Of a stretch of DNA of 29,663 nucleotides, positions 25,066 to 29,663 are shown one piece after another. Each line of letters begins with the position of its first letter. The first letter of the stretch is position 1. The stretch spans positions 1 to 29,663 of the forward strand of contig JBHLJY010000027.1 in the NCBI GenBank assembly GCA_048887225.1, in the 5' to 3' direction. Source of the DNA: Candidatus Hodarchaeota archaeon. GTDB lineage: Archaea; Asgardarchaeota; Lokiarchaeia; Sigyniarchaeales; SOKP01. The position numbers and the translations under genes are program-made. The notes under the pieces are model-generated. The model had not been told where the DNA came from. It did no database searches and worked only from the letters and a program-made list of their open reading frames with translations.

Positions 25066-28000
25066 ATGTTTAAAAGTAGAAGTGGATCATCCAAAAAATT
25101 AATAGCTGTAGCAATAATTTCAATTATTTTATTACCAATTAGTATACCGATCCTATCTGAATTTTTTAATTTAAATGATATAGAACGCGATAAAAACATA
25201 AATTCTGCCCAAAGTTTTGATAATTTTTTATATGTGAATGATGTTGATAGCACTGAGTACTATTTTAATGCGAAAGGAGAGTGCTATATTTTAGTAGAAA
25301 TTGAAGATATAGATTTCACGAATTTTACTCTTGATGGTCAGATTATAGATGTAAGTTTTGGACTGAATATATTACCTATAAAATTTTCAGACTCCTTTAC
25401 ACCTCATCAAATTACTCTCAACCCTGAATACTTCAAGTCATTAACAATAGAACCACTCTTTTTGGCAGAGGGAACGTTAGAAACTACATTAGATCAAGAA
25501 ACAGAAATTAATTTCCAAGCAGGGGGCCCGATTTCAATCTTAACTCGACCTACATTTGCATATAATTGGTTATATGTAGAATTAAAGGATGCAAATGATG
25601 AGAGTATTCTTCTCAAGAGAATCCATAATACAATTACGTATCCTGAAATTGATCCTTTATTTTATTGTTTATTAATTGAGCGTGGAACTTATATCCGGTT
25701 CGATATAAATCTTGAACCTGGTGAATACAAATTAGTATTAAAAGGAAATGGCTCTTTAGAATATAAAATTATGGTTAACCTAGATTGGGATCAAGATCTT
25801 TTAGATGATGTTGATGAGATACAACAAGAGGGCCTCTATGATTTTAATTTAGATCCTACATCTGCCGATATTTGGGGATTTTATGAGAAATCATCTGATA
25901 ATCAAATTTTTACTAGAGTGGATGAGACAAATTACACTGAAGGGTTGTTTACTTTTTTTATTCCTGAACTATATCAGAGTACTCAATTTGCAATTCGAGT
26001 TAATAGTGGTGAATTTAAAGAAATAGCTGTTGATGGGAATTATAGTTTTTTTGAAGATAGACTTTTTATATCAGATTTAGAATCTCCGCCAGATTATGAA
26101 ATATACGGAAATTTAGAACCAGGATGGCATTCCATAAGTTACCTCTATATATGCAATTTCACTGCTGATATAGATTTTCTAGCTAATGATGAAGAAATTA
26201 AAGTTTTAATGTTTCCAGAGTTGTTAGATTCTGATGGTGATGGATTTAAGGATTTTGCAGAAACTACTAGTGGGCTAAATCCATCTAAGATTGATACTGA
26301 TGACGATGAATTACCGGATAATTATGATAGTTCTCCATTAGCTAAATTGGTATTAGATCCTTTAGAAATTAATCAAATCATAATTCCAACAAATAGCGAA
26401 AATAATACTATCATAAACATGCATGTCAAAAAACCAATTAACGACTATTCTACTTACGGTGTCCCGAGATATTGGCATAATGTCTTTAATGTTTCCATAT
26501 ACCCCGTACTTAGGTTGTTTGGCAATAAATTCAATGATGATGATGATACAAAAAAGGATATGAACAGAGCAAAATTAATTGAGTTGTGGGGTAAAGATGT
26601 TTCATTGTTGTTCAAATCGGATGAAAATTTTGATGAAACTCAGATAGGCGACCCATTACCAGCTCCAGATGATCCTGATAATGAATATTATTTTGTTTTC
26701 CCAAAATCAGCAGAATCAAATTTTGAATATGATATTACATTTCCTAATGACCATGATTCAAAAAATGATGGTTTCTTAGATTTAAGATTTGATTTTATTT
26801 GGTTAGTAACAAAATATGATTCTAACACAAAAGAAACATCATTATTACATTTTTATGATTTCGAAGAAGATATAATTATTCAATCTATGGCAATGCGGGA
26901 GTTCTCAAACATAGATTATATTTTAGGTTCTCCTGACAGTTTCATTGAAAACCAAATACTTTGGACCCTTACTCAAAATCCTTCATTGGGAACTCCAGAA
27001 GAATATAATATTGATGAGGATATAATCGGAAATGGTGATGTAGATTATTTTAATTTACCTGATCGTTTAATACAAGATAAAATAAATAGTGAAGAGGAGA
27101 TTAACCAAACTGAAGTGCTATATGTCGCAGGATTATACCAAAATTATGACATTCTCAATAAAATTGCCTTACAGGAAATGAACAACCCATCATTCGAAAT
27201 AGTTCATAATGGAGATTTTGAAGCTTTCTTCAGCTATTACACTATATCAGATGTATATCAGGATCAAAATTATACTTTTGGGGATTTAGAAGTTCAGGGA
27301 GAAAGTAAAATCCTGTATCAAACCTACTATACTAATCTTTCTGTTGATAGTAATACCAATATCCAGAAGAGAGCAAATATAATGGGGATACCGATCTCCA
27401 TGAATGTTGAGGGAAGTTCAAATATATTAAAAATTAAACAAGCTCAGGGAACAAACATTCCTTTAGAAGAAATTCCTTTAATATTTAATTCACAGTTAAG
27501 TGAGAATATTAATATTCTAGAACAAACATATATTGAACAAAACGATCAGAATCAAGGTATACCATTACTTAATTTTCAAGTAGGGGTTGATATTTACAAA
27601 GAGTTTATAGATAACAGGCAAGAAACTGTAGTATTATCAGATCTCTTTTTTATTAACCAACCTTACATGCCTGCCGAATCATTTCAGAATTTTATAATCA
27701 ATTATTGGGATCAAGTCAATACACTTAATAATCAACTACATTTACTCCGAGAAAAATTTCTTAGTTCTCCAAATAATGAAATGTATATTGAATTAATAGA
27801 TATCCTGATAAATGATGTAAATCTTCTTTCACAACAGCATTCATATTCGGATTTGAGCTATTATAATTCTTTTTTTTCAAATGAATTGGATTTGAAAAAT
27901 GATTTTTTTAACTTACTAGAACCTCACTTAGTAAAAAGCTTTTTTACAGTTGTAAGTCCAACTGTTATGGGAGATATTGGAGAATTAGTTGCCAAAACGG

Positions 28001-29663
28001 CGGAAGCTATAGCTGACCAGTTAGCAGAGAAAGGACCGAAGATACCTAAATTAAATCAACATAAACAAAACAATAATAAAATGGGGAACTCAATAAAATC
28101 CCAAGCAAGAATGAGTAAATTTACAACAGTTTCGGGTGCTACTTGTGCAGTGCTTGGGATTGCGATGATTGTTTTTACTTTTGTTGAAATTTTCCATTTA
28201 ATTGGTCAAAAATTATCTGGAGAATATGACAATAAAAGCGCGCAATTTGCCATGAGATTGTGTAGCGCCTTCTGTACTATGGCTTTAGGAGCTATTGTTT
28301 TAGTAAAAGGAATTATGTTAATTTCAATGAAGTCTGTTAAAGAGGCAACCGTTGCCTCCTTAAAAACAGCAGGTAAGGTTTTAGGGGCTATTGGTATCGT
28401 TCTATCAATCCTTATTGTAGTGTTTGATTGGGTTAGTTTCGCAATTAAATGGCAAGCAGGAGATATTTATGACATGAAAGGAGCATTATTCGATATGGTT
28501 GCTAATACTGTTATAGCGGCAGTGGGAATAATTCTCTGTTTATTTGCGTCGGGTATTGGTGCTGCTTTTGGGATAATTGCTGGCGGATTACTTATTCTTG
28601 GTTCGTGGCTTTCATCTAAGATTAATAACCCTAGTATTGATGTAAAAGAAGAAAATTGTAAGATAATACTTCCAGCAGATACTTTATTAAACATGAGGAG
28701 ACATGGTGGCCTAGAAGTTGGAGATAAAATAAAATTTAGATTCCATGTAGTCGAAGATGGAGATACTGTTGTATATATGCATGCAAGATTTCGAGTTTTT
28801 GGCAAAGGATGGGAATGGTGGACGGATTGGGACGGATGGTATGGTGAATGGGAGGGGTATTGTAGCAAGCTTGACCATACTTTTTCCCGTGTAATCGAAC
28901 ACCCAACCCCCGATGTAGGCTATCAGCTCCACTTTCAAATGGATTGGCAAAAATTCACGTGGTATGTCTTCTGGTTCAGTTTTTCACGAGAATTTGGATG
29001 TGACGAGATAATTACACAATATTTAGGTATGCCAGCTCTTGAAAATTCTATTTCTAGTTTCTATGATCATACCGACGAGGTTTCCAGTCTCATATTCAAA
29101 CAGCTATATGACATAGCTGTTAGTGAGTATAGATACAAAGATGCGTTTATAGCTGCCTCGAATGTTATAACTGCTACTGAAGAGTATGCTGGAATCAGCA
29201 AATACAGTTTTGATGCTCTTCAATCAAGGCTAGTTCACCTAGACCCTTATGCAGCTCAATATTATTATACTTTAAAAACATATTCTAATTGGGAATATAA
29301 TTGGTACCTTACGAATTTTATTTCTGAGGGAATTATCCCACTTATTTTCTTTTACAATCCTGGTTGGCAGGCATTAGCATCGTATAGTACAGAAGAGTTG
29401 CAAGCATTATTACCTCTCGCCTTACAATATTATCACGCTTCAGCAGGGTTTTTATTAATCCCTCTTAGTTGGGTTATAACCACAAAGAATACCTTATCCG
29501 ATGTTCCTCGTTATCAAGCATATAGGAATCAATTGCCATTTTGGGCAAATTGGAGAGTTGATGGAGGAGATAATGAACTCCTGGTAGATCCAGCTACAGG
29601 GATAGGAGTAGCTAGTCTGCAATTTGATGTTGATTATATGTTTCCGTGGTTCAATGGACCCGA
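25066..29663 (+). CDS. Giant secreted/surface protein (>1532 aa, 3' partial) with TSP3-like Ca-binding motifs and an internal hydrophobic helical domain
   Basis: Not in the ORF track because there is no stop in the window. Hand translation is open to the end. It has a signal peptide/anchor (MFKSRSGSSKKLIAVAIISIILLPISIPIL), Asp-rich motifs DWDQDLLDDVDE...LDPTSAD and DSDGDGFKDFAE...NPSKIDTDDDELPD, and at least ten N-x-S/T sequons. Confidence 0.9.
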   Translation, partial: MFKSRSGSSKKLIAVAIISIILLPISIPILSEFFNLNDIERDKNINSAQSFDNFLYVNDVDSTEYYFNAKGECYILVEIEDIDFTNFTLDGQIIDVSFGLNILPIKFSDSFTPHQITLNPEYFKSLTIEPLFLAEGTLETTLDQETEINFQAGGPISILTRPTFAYNWLYVELKDANDESILLKRIHNTITYPEIDPLFYCLLIERGTYIRFDINLEPGEYKLVLKGNGSLEYKIMVNLDWDQDLLDDVDEIQQEGLYDFNLDPTSADIWGFYEKSSDNQIFTRVDETNYTEGLFTFFIPELYQSTQFAIRVNSGEFKEIAVDGNYSFFEDRLFISDLESPPDYEIYGNLEPGWHSISYLYICNFTADIDFLANDEEIKVLMFPELLDSDGDGFKDFAETTSGLNPSKIDTDDDELPDNYDSSPLAKLVLDPLEINQIIIPTNSENNTIINMHVKKPINDYSTYGVPRYWHNVFNVSIYPVLRLFGNKFNDDDDTKKDMNRAKLIELWGKDVSLLFKSDENFDETQIGDPLPAPDDPDNEYYFVFPKSAESNFEYDITFPNDHDSKNDGFLDLRFDFIWLVTKYDSNTKETSLLHFYDFEEDIIIQSMAMREFSNIDYILGSPDSFIENQILWTLTQNPSLGTPEEYNIDEDIIGNGDVDYFNLPDRLIQDKINSEEEINQTEVLYVAGLYQNYDILNKIALQEMNNPSFEIVHNGDFEAFFSYYTISDVYQDQNYTFGDLEVQGESKILYQTYYTNLSVDSNTNIQKRANIMGIPISMNVEGSSNILKIKQAQGTNIPLEEIPLIFNSQLSENINILEQTYIEQNDQNQGIPLLNFQVGVDIYKEFIDNRQETVVLSDLFFINQPYMPAESFQNFIINYWDQVNTLNNQLHLLREKFLSSPNNEMYIELIDILINDVNLLSQQHSYSDLSYYNSFFSNELDLKNDFFNLLEPHLVKSFFTVVSPTVMGDIGELVAKTAEAIADQLAEKGPKIPKLNQHKQNNNKMGNSIKSQARMSKFTTVSGATCAVLGIAMIVFTFVEIFHLIGQKLSGEYDNKSAQFAMRLCSAFCTMALGAIVLVKGIMLISMKSVKEATVASLKTAGKVLGAIGIVLSILIVVFDWVSFAIKWQAGDIYDMKGALFDMVANTVIAAVGIILCLFASGIGAAFGIIAGGLLILGSWLSSKINNPSIDVKEENCKIILPADTLLNMRRHGGLEVGDKIKFRFHVVEDGDTVVYMHARFRVFGKGWEWWTDWDGWYGEWEGYCSKLDHTFSRVIEHPTPDVGYQLHFQMDWQKFTWYVFWFSFSREFGCDEIITQYLGMPALENSISSFYDHTDEVSSLIFKQLYDIAVSEYRYKDAFIAASNVITATEEYAGISKYSFDALQSRLVHLDPYAAQYYYTLKTYSNWEYNWYLTNFISEGIIPLIFFYNPGWQALASYSTEELQALLPLALQYYHASAGFLLIPLSWVITTKNTLSDVPRYQAYRNQLPFWANWRVDGGDNELLVDPATGIGVASLQFDVDYMFPWFNGP

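Noticed and set aside
25050-28950. Minus-strand ORFs 25050..25253, 28467..28868 and 28711..28950
   Set aside because: They are antisense to the giant + strand ORF; the His/Pro pattern in 28467..28868 is just the reverse complement of the Trp/Gly-rich loop.
1-29663. CRISPR arrays, tRNA/rRNA genes, IS elements or integrases
   Set aside because: No regularly spaced repeats, cloverleaf-like GC-rich segments or transposase motifs were seen by eye; tRNAscan/Infernal were not run.

Overview
AT-rich (about 30% GC by eye, not computed) chromosomal region of an anaerobic archaeon. It is most likely Asgard/Lokiarchaeia, inferred from archaeal TATA/SD signals, the gene set and a eukaryote-type SECIS. 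From left to right: (1) a partial Cys/Met-metabolism PLP lyase plus a methyl-transfer module of two non-pyrrolysine MttB-family methyltransferases and a corrinoid protein; (2) a cassette the ORF track misses, consisting of a UxxC peroxiredoxin-like selenoprotein (in-frame TGA) with an AUGA/GA SECIS-like 3' hairpin, flanked on each side by paralogous 5-Cys zinc-ribbon microproteins of 37 and 59 aa; (3) an SCP2-like lipid-binding protein heading three 2-hydroxyacyl-CoA dehydratase/benzoyl-CoA reductase-type alpha/beta pairs with a single activator, with visible duplication scars; (4) a minus-strand run of Fe-S protein, atypical ferredoxin, radical SAM, atypical ureohydrolase, VAO-type flavoprotein and CCG-domain protein; (5) another Fe-S protein, cooC and a stand-alone acetyl-CoA synthase domain homolog; (6) a secreted protein of more than 1532 aa that runs off the window, with TSP3-like Ca-binding motifs, an internal hydrophobic helical bundle and Trp-rich loops. 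No RNA genes, CRISPR arrays or mobile elements were recognised.
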